Source of the DNA: Patescibacteria group bacterium
GTDB lineage: Bacteria > Patescibacteriota > UBA1384 > XYA2-FULL-43-10
Assembly (NCBI GenBank): GCA_041674405.1
Contig: JBAYVT010000003.1
Coordinates: 8,721-72,720 of the forward strand
DNA length: 64,000 nucleotides
Direction of reading: 5' to 3'
The position numbers and the translations under genes were made by a program. Positions 29,178 through 37,486 of this stretch are shown here, piece after piece (positions within the stretch are counted from its first letter, which is position 1; each line of letters opens with the position of its first letter). The notes under the pieces are model-generated. The model searched no databases. It was not told the DNA's origin and was given only the letters and a program-made list of their open reading frames with translations.

Positions 29178-29215
29178 TAACAATTTTATCACGATCGTGA
29201 TAAAATTGTTACATT
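29178..29215. promoter_or_regulatory. perfect 38-bp palindrome TGTAACAATTTTATCACGA|TCGTGATAAAATTGTTACA, a candidate autoregulatory operator
   Basis: It sits immediately upstream of the regulator's ATG and next to the divergent -35 box. It shares GTAACAATT arms with copies A-C and the CACGATCGTG core with the hairpins at 40406 and 23515. Confidence 0.55.
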
Positions 29216-29243
29216 TTTGTTTTAGATCATTTGGATTATTATG

Positions 29244-29272
29244 TTGACACAAAAATAGCTTTGAACGATAAT
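29244..29272 (+). promoter_or_regulatory. sigma70-type promoter (TTGACA-17-GATAAT) for the CvpA-like/DUF360 operon
   Basis: Consensus hexamers have the ideal spacing and are followed by the RBS AGGAGGG and ATG 29311. Confidence 0.55.
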
Positions 29273-29310
29273 GGTATTAGCGAATTATTCTTGATTAGGA
29301 GGGAATTTTC

Positions 29311-29811
29311 ATGCCACTCCCCACATGGGATGTTTTTATTGGGTTGGCATTTGTTATCGGCATTGCTTACGGCTTTATTTTGCGTCGTGAGAAAACGATT
29401 ACCTTTTTGTGCTCAACATATATAGGCTTGGTTATTGCGTCCTCTTTTTCGCAATACGTTTTTGACCTCTTTAACGGCAACAAAGTAGTAGCAAATCAGG
29501 TTTGGATTCATTCAAATGCCTCAACCTCGACCATTTCTATCGTTCTTCTGCTTCTCTCGTCATTTTTCATATCAGGAGCAATAAATTCTACCGCCAAATC
29601 TGGTGGTGATTTATCACCCCTAGAAATTATTATTTACAGCGCACTAAACATGGCACTAATTGTCTCGTCAATCATTGGATTTCTGGCCCCAGACAAAAGA
29701 GATGCAATATTGGCAGCTTCAAAGATAGGATCTTTTCTATATGGCACGAGAGGACTCTGGGTAATTATCCCTCCGATTGCCCTTGTCATCCTTAATTTTA
29801 AAAAGAAATAG
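29311..29811 (+). CDS. CvpA-like membrane protein
   Basis: It has 4 TM segments, and the N-terminal pattern resembles the colicin V production protein family. Confidence 0.35.
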   Translation: MPLPTWDVFIGLAFVIGIAYGFILRREKTITFLCSTYIGLVIASSFSQYVFDLFNGNKVVANQVWIHSNASTSTISIVLLLLSSFFISGAINSTAKSGGDLSPLEIIIYSALNMALIVSSIIGFLAPDKRDAILAASKIGSFLYGTRGLWVIIPPIALVILNFKKK

Positions 29812-29813
29812 GA

Positions 29814-30161
29814 GTGAGGATGTATTTTCTTTTGCGTTGGATAATAAATACTCTGGCACTTTTAATTGCGGCATATCTAGTGCCTGGTGTTTCATTTTCT
29901 GGCTTTTGGTCAGCTTTGATTGCCGCGTTGATTTTTGGTTTGATCAATGCTGTGATACGGCCGATCATGATAATACTTACTCTGCCCGTAAATCTGGTTA
30001 CGCTTGGCTTGTTTACGCTTGTAATAAATGCCCTTATGTTCTGGCTAGCATCGGCAGTAGTCAAGGGGTTTACAGTAACAGGATTCTGGCCAGCTTTTTT
30101 CGGCGCATTGGTTTACTGGATCATTATTATATTGGTTAATCTTATCGAGAAAGCCGATTAG
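29814..30161 (+). CDS. DUF360 / phage-holin-4-like (YvlD-family) membrane protein
   Basis: LLRWIINTLALLIAAYLVPGV...GLINAVIRPI matches the DUF360 signature. Confidence 0.6.
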   Translation: MRMYFLLRWIINTLALLIAAYLVPGVSFSGFWSALIAALIFGLINAVIRPIMIILTLPVNLVTLGLFTLVINALMFWLASAVVKGFTVTGFWPAFFGALVYWIIIILVNLIEKAD

Positions 30162-30235
30162 CCAGCCTTGACCCTGACTCAAAAATAAGCTATAATCTGT
30201 ATGTTTTTGGCGAACAAAAACATGAGTTAAATTCT

Positions 30236-30310
30236 GGATTGCTAGCTCAATGGTAGAGCAGTGGCCTTTTAAGCCATTGGTTCTGGGTTCGAGTCCCAGG
30301 CAATCCACCA
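30236..30310 (+). tRNA. tRNA-Lys (anticodon UUU)
   Basis: The cloverleaf has the acceptor GGATTGC/GCAATCC, the anticodon loop CTTTTAA and a 3' CCA. An upstream TTGACC-17-TATAAT promoter is present. Confidence 0.9.
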
Positions 30311-30433
30311 AAAAAACTTTGACCTTGCGTCAGAGTTTTTTTGTTGGAATTGGACTTGAACATTTTATGATTTTATTGTATTATTACGCGTGTCCCATGA
30401 TCATAGCACACTTCGAAACAAGGGGCTGAGCGC

Positions 30434-30889
30434 ATGGAGCCGGTAACAAAGTCTATTGAGAAGATCCTCGACCGGTTGCCGAGTAATCCCAATCCGGGAT
30501 TCGGCATTGTCCTGATTTGGCTCTTGCTAAGACAGGACACTGGTGGTCGAGCGAAACGGTGCGACAGTGACCAGGAAGATCTGACGATTGCGGCCAAAAT
30601 GATCGTTCAGACCGGGAATGTCTTAGCATCCCTTGGGCTGATCCTGCACGCACAGCAGACCGAACCTCTGAGGGAGGTATGCAACGACGAAGTACTCGCA
30701 GCAATACCCCCACGCGTGGCTACCAAGATTCATGAGGAAATCTTGGGTGCTGCAACTTCTACCCTGTTGGGAATGAAGACCGATCGTCAACGGCGCTTTC
30801 ACGTTAGAGACTATATCGCTCAAATTCCCTGCACAAATCCTCAAGACGCGGCCGAAAAGCCGCAAGAACCGCAACCTACATCGAAGTAG
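30434..30889 (+). CDS. hypothetical protein encoded in a GC-rich islet next to tRNA-Lys
   Basis: The RBS AAGGGG lies upstream. Local GC is about 52%. The sequence has no recognisable motifs. Confidence 0.5.
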   Translation: MEPVTKSIEKILDRLPSNPNPGFGIVLIWLLLRQDTGGRAKRCDSDQEDLTIAAKMIVQTGNVLASLGLILHAQQTEPLREVCNDEVLAAIPPRVATKIHEEILGAATSTLLGMKTDRQRRFHVRDYIAQIPCTNPQDAAEKPQEPQPTSK

Positions 30890-30905
30890 AATACGAAGTA
30901 CCGGT

Positions 30906-30940
30906 CGCTCCAGCTCACAAGCTGGAGCGCCGTTGTTTTT
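30906..30940 (+). terminator. rho-independent terminator of the islet ORF
   Basis: cgctccagct-cacaa-gctggagcg is followed by ccgTTGTTTTT. Confidence 0.6.
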
Positions 30941-32720
30941 ACTCACTTCTTAGAACTTTTATAAAAACATCGGATGGAATATTTACCTTACCGATCATTT
31001 TCATTTTCTTTTTCCCCTTTTTCTGCTTGTCAAGAAGTTTGTTCTTACGAGTGACGTCGCCTCCATATAGCTTGGCAGTCACATCCTTGCGCATAGCAGG
31101 AATTCTTTCAGAAGCAATGATTGTGGCCGAGATTGCCACCTGGATTTTAACTTCGAAATTCTGGCGCGGAATAAGATCTTTTAATCTTTCAACGATTCTT
31201 CGCGCTTCCTTCTGTGCTTTTTGCGAATTAATAATAAAACTCAGCGCGTCGACACGATCCTCAGCAATCAGAATATCGATTTTAGATAGGTCCGCACTAC
31301 GATAATCAATCATCTCATAATTAAGAGAGGCATACCCGCGAGAAATACTTTTTAGCTGGTCATAATAATCAATAATAAGTTCAGCAAGCGGAATTTCATA
31401 CTTTATAACCACCCTATTATCATCAAAATATTCAGTATTTTTGTAAATTCCGCGCTTACTTTGCGTTAGATCCATGATTACACCAATGAATTCTTTCGGA
31501 GTAATGATTTCGAGAGTAGCCCAAGGTTCAAAAATTTCGCGGTATTCGTGCGATGCTGGTAGATCGGCTGCCTTTTCAACGATCCTTGCCTCCCCATTCA
31601 ACATTGTTAATTTATAAATAACAGTCGGGCTAGTGATTACAAGATCAAGGTCAAATTCGCGTTCAAGGCGTTCACGAACGATATCGAGGTGTAAAAGTCC
31701 AAGAAATCCGCAACGAAAACCATGGCCGAGCATTTCTGATCTCTCGGCCTCGTACGATAGCGAGCCGTCATTTAATTTAAGCTTTCCGATTGCCTCCTTG
31801 AGCTCGGGATATTTGTCCGAATCGGTACAGAATATCGAAGCATAAACAAACGGCTTAACTTTTTGATAGCCCGAAAGGGGAGAGACTGCTGGAATTTTTT
31901 TCTGCGTAATGGTATCGCCGACAGACGCTTCAGAAACTTCTTTAAATCCGGTTACAATATAACCAATTTCGCCCGATGATAGGGGAGAGTGGGGGAAATA
32001 TTTTGGTTTAAAATAGCCACACTCCTCTACTTTTCCCCCACTTTTAGTCTGCATCAAAAATATCTCGTCATTATTTTTTATTTCGCCCGAAAACACCCGG
32101 ACATAAGCAACTACTCCCCGATAGGGGTCATATACCGAGTCAAAAATTAAGGCTCTTGTCTTCTCTTCTCCCTCATCATTGGGTGCTGGTACGCGTTCAA
32201 TTACTTCTTTCAAAATTTCTTCCACTCCTTCGCCGGTTTTTCCCGATGCATAGATAATTTCATTTTCACGACAACCAAGAACTTTGATAATTTCATGAGC
32301 AACTTCTTCCGGACGAGCTGCCGGTAGATCAATTTTATTTACAACCGGTATAATCTCGAGATCATGGTCTATCGCCGCATAAAGTGTCGAAAGGGTTTGG
32401 GCTTCAATGCCCTGAGTAGCATCAACAAGGAGGATCGCTCCCTCAACAGCTGCCAATGACCTTGAAACTTCGTATGAAAAATCAACATGACCCGGGGTAT
32501 CTATCAAATTCAAAATATGTTTGCTGTATTCCATGCGAACAGGTGCAAGCTTGATAGTAATGCCGCGCTCACGCTCAATATCCATCTGATCAAGGAGCTG
32601 CTCTTTCATCTCACGTTTTTCAACCGTGCTGGTAATTTCCAGCATTCGGTCAGCCAGCGTTGACTTGCCGTGATCAATATGCGCGATAATACAAAAATTG
32701 CGGATGTTTTTTTCTTCCAT
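30939..32720 (-). CDS. lepA: elongation factor 4 (LepA)
   Basis: The G-domain motifs IIAHIDHGKST, DTPGHVDF and NKID are present, with the LepA C-terminal domain. Confidence 0.95.
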   Translation of the reverse strand: MEEKNIRNFCIIAHIDHGKSTLADRMLEITSTVEKREMKEQLLDQMDIERERGITIKLAPVRMEYSKHILNLIDTPGHVDFSYEVSRSLAAVEGAILLVDATQGIEAQTLSTLYAAIDHDLEIIPVVNKIDLPAARPEEVAHEIIKVLGCRENEIIYASGKTGEGVEEILKEVIERVPAPNDEGEEKTRALIFDSVYDPYRGVVAYVRVFSGEIKNNDEIFLMQTKSGGKVEECGYFKPKYFPHSPLSSGEIGYIVTGFKEVSEASVGDTITQKKIPAVSPLSGYQKVKPFVYASIFCTDSDKYPELKEAIGKLKLNDGSLSYEAERSEMLGHGFRCGFLGLLHLDIVRERLEREFDLDLVITSPTVIYKLTMLNGEARIVEKAADLPASHEYREIFEPWATLEIITPKEFIGVIMDLTQSKRGIYKNTEYFDDNRVVIKYEIPLAELIIDYYDQLKSISRGYASLNYEMIDYRSADLSKIDILIAEDRVDALSFIINSQKAQKEARRIVERLKDLIPRQNFEVKIQVAISATIIASERIPAMRKDVTAKLYGGDVTRKNKLLDKQKKGKKKMKMIGKVNIPSDVFIKVLRSE

Positions 32721-32807
32721 AACAGATGAATCTTAGCAGATTTTTACTCGGAAATCGAGTGTCTGGGAGATCAGCCATCTCCTTCAAGTCGAACTGCACA
32801 CATTAAG

Positions 32808-32850
32808 AAACGTAACAATTCTTCCGCGGTCGTGGAAGAATTGTTACGTT
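32808..32850. repeat. palindromic hairpin repeat, copy C (AAACGTAACAATTCTTCC-GCGGTCGT-GGAAGAATTGTTACGTTT)
   Basis: This is the best-conserved copy, with 18-bp perfect arms. It sits about 90 bp upstream of the lepA start. Confidence 0.6.
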
Positions 32851-32944
32851 TTTATATTTAACAAACAAATTAATTACAAAAGAAATTTACTCATGTAATA
32901 CATTTAATAACTAGGATGCATTTACATTTATTTCAATAAATAAA

Positions 32945-33781
32945 TCAATCTAGTAGTTCGCGGAGAATTTTGAGATTATCTATATCACCCTTGCCCTTTA
33001 TGCTGGGAGTTTCGAGAATTCCTGGCAGCTCTTTTAGTTTGGGGTGATTTACTATAACCTTAAATCCATTAATGCCGATGTATCCTTCGCCAATATCTGC
33101 ATGACGATCACGACAAGAAGCAAATGGCACTGCTGAATCATTAAGATGCAAACAGATCAATCGGTCAAGGCCAATTTCTTTGTCAAATTCAGCAAGAGTA
33201 TCATCGAGCCCGCCTTTAGTCGCAACATTGTACCCCGAACCGAATGCATGAGCTGTATCAAGCGTAACTTTGACTCTGTCGGAATCGACTTTTTTGATAA
33301 TTTCCCCAAGTTCAGAAAATTTATCGCCAATAATGTCTCCCGCACCGGCAGAATTTTCCAATATTAGGAAAGGTCCCTCCGGGGAAGCAGCAAGGATATT
33401 TTTGATTGCCAGCACAATTTTGTCCATCACCTCAGAAAGCTTCCTTCCTTTGGTCGAACCAACATGAAAATTTGTGCCGATAGCGTGAAGTGCTTTGGCC
33501 TTTTTCATATCGTCAATTAACGATTTTATAGATGCTTCGTAAAAGAATGGATTATTTGTTGCAAGGTTAATAAGATATATACCATGAATCATTACCGGAT
33601 CGATTTTCGCTTTTTTATTTTTCTCCACAAAGCCCGCAACTTGATGCTCCGGAATAACAAGGGGATTCCAGCGCTGTGGCGCATTGGCAAAAATCTGCAT
33701 GCATTCGCAGTGAGCTTCAACCCCGCGATCAATCGCATCAGAGAATGGTTCACGTGTAGAAATGTGCATTCCAAATTTCAT
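32945..33781 (-). CDS. nfo: deoxyribonuclease IV (endonuclease IV, AP endonuclease family 2)
   Basis: HGIYLINLA, LENSAGAG and HLNDS are metal-binding motifs of the Nfo family. Confidence 0.9.
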   Translation of the reverse strand: MKFGMHISTREPFSDAIDRGVEAHCECMQIFANAPQRWNPLVIPEHQVAGFVEKNKKAKIDPVMIHGIYLINLATNNPFFYEASIKSLIDDMKKAKALHAIGTNFHVGSTKGRKLSEVMDKIVLAIKNILAASPEGPFLILENSAGAGDIIGDKFSELGEIIKKVDSDRVKVTLDTAHAFGSGYNVATKGGLDDTLAEFDKEIGLDRLICLHLNDSAVPFASCRDRHADIGEGYIGINGFKVIVNHPKLKELPGILETPSIKGKGDIDNLKILRELLD

Positions 33782-33787
33782 ATGCTC

Positions 33788-34141
33788 CTATTCGTCAAAA
33801 CCAATTCTATTGAAATAATCATAGGAAATATTCTGCCCGTCCAAGAGTTCCAGAACTTTGTATTTCCCTCTTGTGAAAATGTTTCCGTCATCTAAATAAT
33901 GTGTAGCTTCCAGGATTTGCACACCAGCTAACGGGGGAGATAAAACTCCCTTACCCTTGGTTTCAACGAGAGGTACTTTACCGTAAAGCCAATAATTCTT
34001 CTGATCTGACTTCAAAAATGGATAAATCTCTCCGATTTCCAATTTTTCCGGAATACATTCTTCCTTTTTTCTGTTTCCGTTTTTGTATTCGCTAATATTG
34101 CGAAGCGCCATATCCGGCGCGAATTCTACCGGTATACCCAT
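33788..34141 (-). CDS. hypothetical protein
   Basis: The ORF is 117 aa. It is operonic with the two upstream genes, separated by a 4-bp gap. Confidence 0.4.
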   Translation of the reverse strand: MGIPVEFAPDMALRNISEYKNGNRKKEECIPEKLEIGEIYPFLKSDQKNYWLYGKVPLVETKGKGVLSPPLAGVQILEATHYLDDGNIFTRGKYKVLELLDGQNISYDYFNRIGFDE

Positions 34142-34145
34142 ATTA

Positions 34146-34562
34146 TTACTTAATTTTACTTAAGTCTCCGTTAATTATCAGCGGATTGATCATCGCGATT
34201 TCGAGTGTGTAAGGTTGGTTTTTGTCGATTGGATTAAGCAGAAAAATTTTCTTTTTTAGGAAATAGGCCACGCCAATTTCCATAATTACATTCGTTCCAA
34301 GATATCCGCTTATCCCTTTTTTCTCATTGTTGACAATAAGCATTGCATCACTCTCAGCGATTTTATTAAAAAAGCTTCTTATTATGTCATATTCTTTCGA
34401 GAGGCGCAGTTCTTCTTCAAAATTGTTTTTGATCGAATTGTCTCTTACATAATGATCGATGTCATCAGTCGTTAAAACAGAATGCCCGGTTTTCTCCAAG
34501 TCATTTTTGATTCTCAAGATATCTTTGGCAAAGACCATACTGCCGGCAATAGTAATTTTCAT
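34146..34562 (-). CDS. nucleoside 2-deoxyribosyltransferase-like (SLOG/NDT-fold) protein
   Basis: MKITIAGSM... and ...GTNVIMEIGVAYFLKKKIFLL match the NDT-family G..D.GT.fE.G.A..lgKP pattern. Confidence 0.5.
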   Translation of the reverse strand: MKITIAGSMVFAKDILRIKNDLEKTGHSVLTTDDIDHYVRDNSIKNNFEEELRLSKEYDIIRSFFNKIAESDAMLIVNNEKKGISGYLGTNVIMEIGVAYFLKKKIFLLNPIDKNQPYTLEIAMINPLIINGDLSKIK

Positions 34563-35185
34563 TTTAACTCCTTAAATTCCACTTTCAGATTTTCTAAATT
34601 CAATATAGCATAATGGCCGGTTTCGGAGGAGGCGAGTTTGATAACTTTTGTTTGGCCCAGATAGCCGACGCCCCATTTCCAGTGCACATGGCCACAAATG
34701 TGGACAAGAGGTGCATCGGAGAATTTTCGTTCCGGCATCATTCTGGGGTCATCAAATTTTGATAAATTAATAATTCCCGGCGGCGGAACATGCGAGAGAA
34801 AAATTGATCCGGCAATGGCTTTTTTGTCTACGCTTCGCTCTCCTTCGTATTGTCCCGACCACGAAGCAGGGGAGCCGCCAACTCCCGTAAAAGTCCGGCC
34901 AAACATTTCCACAATTTTCCCCTCAAGTGTTTTATATTTTGCAGACACTTTATAGTATGCGCGGCCAAAATCATTATTTCCCGGTACCCAGAAGAGAGGA
35001 ATTTCGAGCTCGTCAATCATTTTGATAAATTTTTCGGCGTACCAAATCGGTTCGCCCATGTTCACGATATCGCCAGTAAAAAGAAGCAGATCTGCTTTCT
35101 CGCCCAAAACTGCTTGTTTGATTTTTTCGAGCCCTTTATTTGATGCATGCAAATCTGAAAAAAGAAAGGCAGTTTTTTCTTTCAT
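34559..35185 (-). CDS. calcineurin-like metallophosphoesterase
   Basis: The motifs DLH, GDIVN, GNND(F) and GHVH are present. Confidence 0.75.
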   Translation of the reverse strand: MKEKTAFLFSDLHASNKGLEKIKQAVLGEKADLLLFTGDIVNMGEPIWYAEKFIKMIDELEIPLFWVPGNNDFGRAYYKVSAKYKTLEGKIVEMFGRTFTGVGGSPASWSGQYEGERSVDKKAIAGSIFLSHVPPPGIINLSKFDDPRMMPERKFSDAPLVHICGHVHWKWGVGYLGQTKVIKLASSETGHYAILNLENLKVEFKELK

Positions 35186-35907
35186 AATGCCGTCCCAAGC
35201 AGATCTATTTCATGGGGCTTGAGCACGACTTCTTTAACTTCAATGCGCCCGATATCTGAAGTATAAGTGGAAATTTGATCGTCAAAATATTTATTTAAAG
35301 CATCTTTAATCGATTGAGGCAAAACAGCAACTCCAGAAGAAGCCTTTGAAAGTTCAATTTTTAATTTGCCATTTTCAGCTTTAGGAATCGCGACTATTGT
35401 TATAGGGAACGAAAAAAAACTATCGCTAGTTCTTCCGGAAATATAGACGCCGTCATTCTTGATTTCAAGAGACGATTTTTTAAGGGGAAAGTCAGCCGTA
35501 CCCACACCCATAAAATTCGCAAGCTCAGATTCTGTTATCGGAATACTCACACTTTCGCCGCTTGTTTTGTCACTCAACTCTTTTACCACCTGGTCAGTAA
35601 GATACTGATCTGTATTTTTTCCATCCGAAACAATACCTTGCCGGGAAAGAGATCCTCGCAAATTCCATAGCCCATAAACCATCAGAACAAATAATCCAGT
35701 GAAAATAATAAGCATAAATGCAACAAACGGCTTTTTACTTTTTCGCTTGCGGTCGAGTTCATTATAAAAATTGCTAAAATCCTTGTTTGCAGATCCTTTG
35801 TCAGCATTTACTTCCGGACGAAAAATATGTGTATCCCGTCCTAAATTTATCCCGTCGATTTTTCGGCCATTATTATTGGACTGGTTCCCCTTCAATTTCT
35901 TTTCCAT
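35182..35907 (-). CDS. membrane-anchored hypothetical protein
   Basis: The N-terminus is basic, a single TM follows, and the C-terminal domain is extracytoplasmic. It overlaps both neighbouring genes. Confidence 0.45.
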   Translation of the reverse strand: MEKKLKGNQSNNNGRKIDGINLGRDTHIFRPEVNADKGSANKDFSNFYNELDRKRKSKKPFVAFMLIIFTGLFVLMVYGLWNLRGSLSRQGIVSDGKNTDQYLTDQVVKELSDKTSGESVSIPITESELANFMGVGTADFPLKKSSLEIKNDGVYISGRTSDSFFSFPITIVAIPKAENGKLKIELSKASSGVAVLPQSIKDALNKYFDDQISTYTSDIGRIEVKEVVLKPHEIDLLGTAL

Positions 35908-37468
35908 TTATTTTCCGCTTTAGTGCCCATGAAATTTCTTCGAGTTTTAAAACGTAGGAAAGAGCCACAAAAATAACAAAACCGAGAGCTAGTGTAAGCA
36001 ATGTTTGTTCCAATACCCCGATAAATTTATTCATATTCACCAAATTGGCAAAATATAGCATGCCTTCTCGCGCAATAAAACCAGTAATAGCAGAAATGAT
36101 AACGATTTTTATGACTGAATTAATTACTTTATTAGATAACATCCCTCGATATTTTGCCACTAGAAGAACATACAGGAGAATTAAATTAATATAGCTTCCG
36201 ATTGTAAAAGAAAGCGCTAGCCCAGCTACTCCCATTTTTTGAGCCAGGGGATAAGCAATTGCTATGCTTACAGCTACCGTGATTATAGAGATGTACATGG
36301 GAGTTTTTGAATTTTTCATGGCATAAAAAGCTCTTGCCAAAAGAGGAATAAGCCCTTGGGCAAGAAGAGAAAGAGAGAAATACCCAAGCGCAAGGGCGGT
36401 TGCCTTTGTGTCGCTCCAACCAAAACTACCCGATCCGAGGATAAGACGAATGATCTGAGCCCTGAGTAGAATGAAGGCAACAGAAGTCGGGATAAGAAGA
36501 TATGAAACTGTCCTGATCGTCCGATTCAAATAAAAAACAAATTTGTCGGTTTCATTTTTTGTAAATGCTGTTGTTAGTGTTGGAAATACTGCGGTTGCAA
36601 AAGATGTGCCCAGCACTACCACCGGCATCGTCTGGATATTATTTGCAAAATTAAATGCAGAAATTGAACCGATCGCCAACGCCGAGCCAATCGCAGTATA
36701 TACTAAAAGCATCAGTTGATTTACTCCCATACCAATAGTTCGCGGCAGCATTAGCCGGATAATTTTTTTAATCGACGCATTTTTATAATCGAAAGAAAAA
36801 GTGTATTTGAAACCAAGTTTAAACAATGATGGTAGCTGAATCAGCATATGAAGAACTGCGCCAATTATAACAAAGTAAACTACCCCGATGATTCCAATAT
36901 TCCTTCCCAAAATAAACGTGCCCAAGATAATAGAGAGGTTATACACAAGTGGGGCAAATGAATAGGCAACGAAACGATTAAACGAATTAAGTACTCCGGA
37001 AAATATGTATGAAGCAGAGAAAAAAATCGGAGTTAACATCAAAATCCGAGCAAGCTCTGTAGTTTTTTGCATTTTTTCGAAAGAAAAATCCGGAACAACC
37101 AGTGGAGTAAGATATGGCATCAGGAAGAATAAAACAATAGCGGCAAAAATCATTATTACAGCTGCAATATTTAGAAGGATACTCGTAACTTTCCAGCCTT
37201 CTTCCATTTTATTGTTGCTGATAAAATCGCAAAAAACCGGAATAAATGCTGATGTTATAGCGCCTAAGATAAGAAAATTGAAAATAAGATCAGGTATACG
37301 AAATGCTGCAAAATAGATATCGAGTTGTGAAGTCGGAATATAACTTGCCAAAAAATGGTCGCGCAACATTCCTAGCACATTGCTGATAGTCAGTGTAATA
37401 AGCAAAATTGCACTGGCCATGCGAACGCTATTTTCCGAGTGGAAAAAATTAGAGAATCGTTTTATCAT
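35873..37468 (-). CDS. murJ: lipid II flippase MurJ (MviN)
   Basis: It has about 14 TM segments and a MurJ-type N-terminus (LGMLRDHFLASYIPTSQLDIYFAAFRIPD). Confidence 0.85.
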   Translation of the reverse strand: MIKRFSNFFHSENSVRMASAILLITLTISNVLGMLRDHFLASYIPTSQLDIYFAAFRIPDLIFNFLILGAITSAFIPVFCDFISNNKMEEGWKVTSILLNIAAVIMIFAAIVLFFLMPYLTPLVVPDFSFEKMQKTTELARILMLTPIFFSASYIFSGVLNSFNRFVAYSFAPLVYNLSIILGTFILGRNIGIIGVVYFVIIGAVLHMLIQLPSLFKLGFKYTFSFDYKNASIKKIIRLMLPRTIGMGVNQLMLLVYTAIGSALAIGSISAFNFANNIQTMPVVVLGTSFATAVFPTLTTAFTKNETDKFVFYLNRTIRTVSYLLIPTSVAFILLRAQIIRLILGSGSFGWSDTKATALALGYFSLSLLAQGLIPLLARAFYAMKNSKTPMYISIITVAVSIAIAYPLAQKMGVAGLALSFTIGSYINLILLYVLLVAKYRGMLSNKVINSVIKIVIISAITGFIAREGMLYFANLVNMNKFIGVLEQTLLTLALGFVIFVALSYVLKLEEISWALKRKINGKEIEGEPVQ

Positions 37469-37486
37469 ACCAGATCATACTTTCTA

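Noticed and set aside
28578-29215. The Cas2-like domain as evidence of a CRISPR-Cas adaptation module.
   Set aside because: There is no cas1, no other cas gene and no repeat-spacer array anywhere in the window. The domain is fused to a wHTH and sits beside an operator-like palindrome, which fits a PaaX-like regulator better.
29161-29222. An apparent in-frame TAA, one base out of register, near 29169-29171 in my manual reading of the regulator gene's 5' region.
   Set aside because: The ORF track reads through cleanly. My read is one base off at the two line breaks (29161 and 29221). I trust the computed track and treat this as my transcription error, not a pseudogene.
30311-30940. An integrated prophage or integrative element at tRNA-Lys.
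   Set aside because: The segment is only about 600 bp, with no integrase, excisionase or phage genes. At most it is a remnant, and I kept it as a finding at reduced confidence rather than call it a mobile element.
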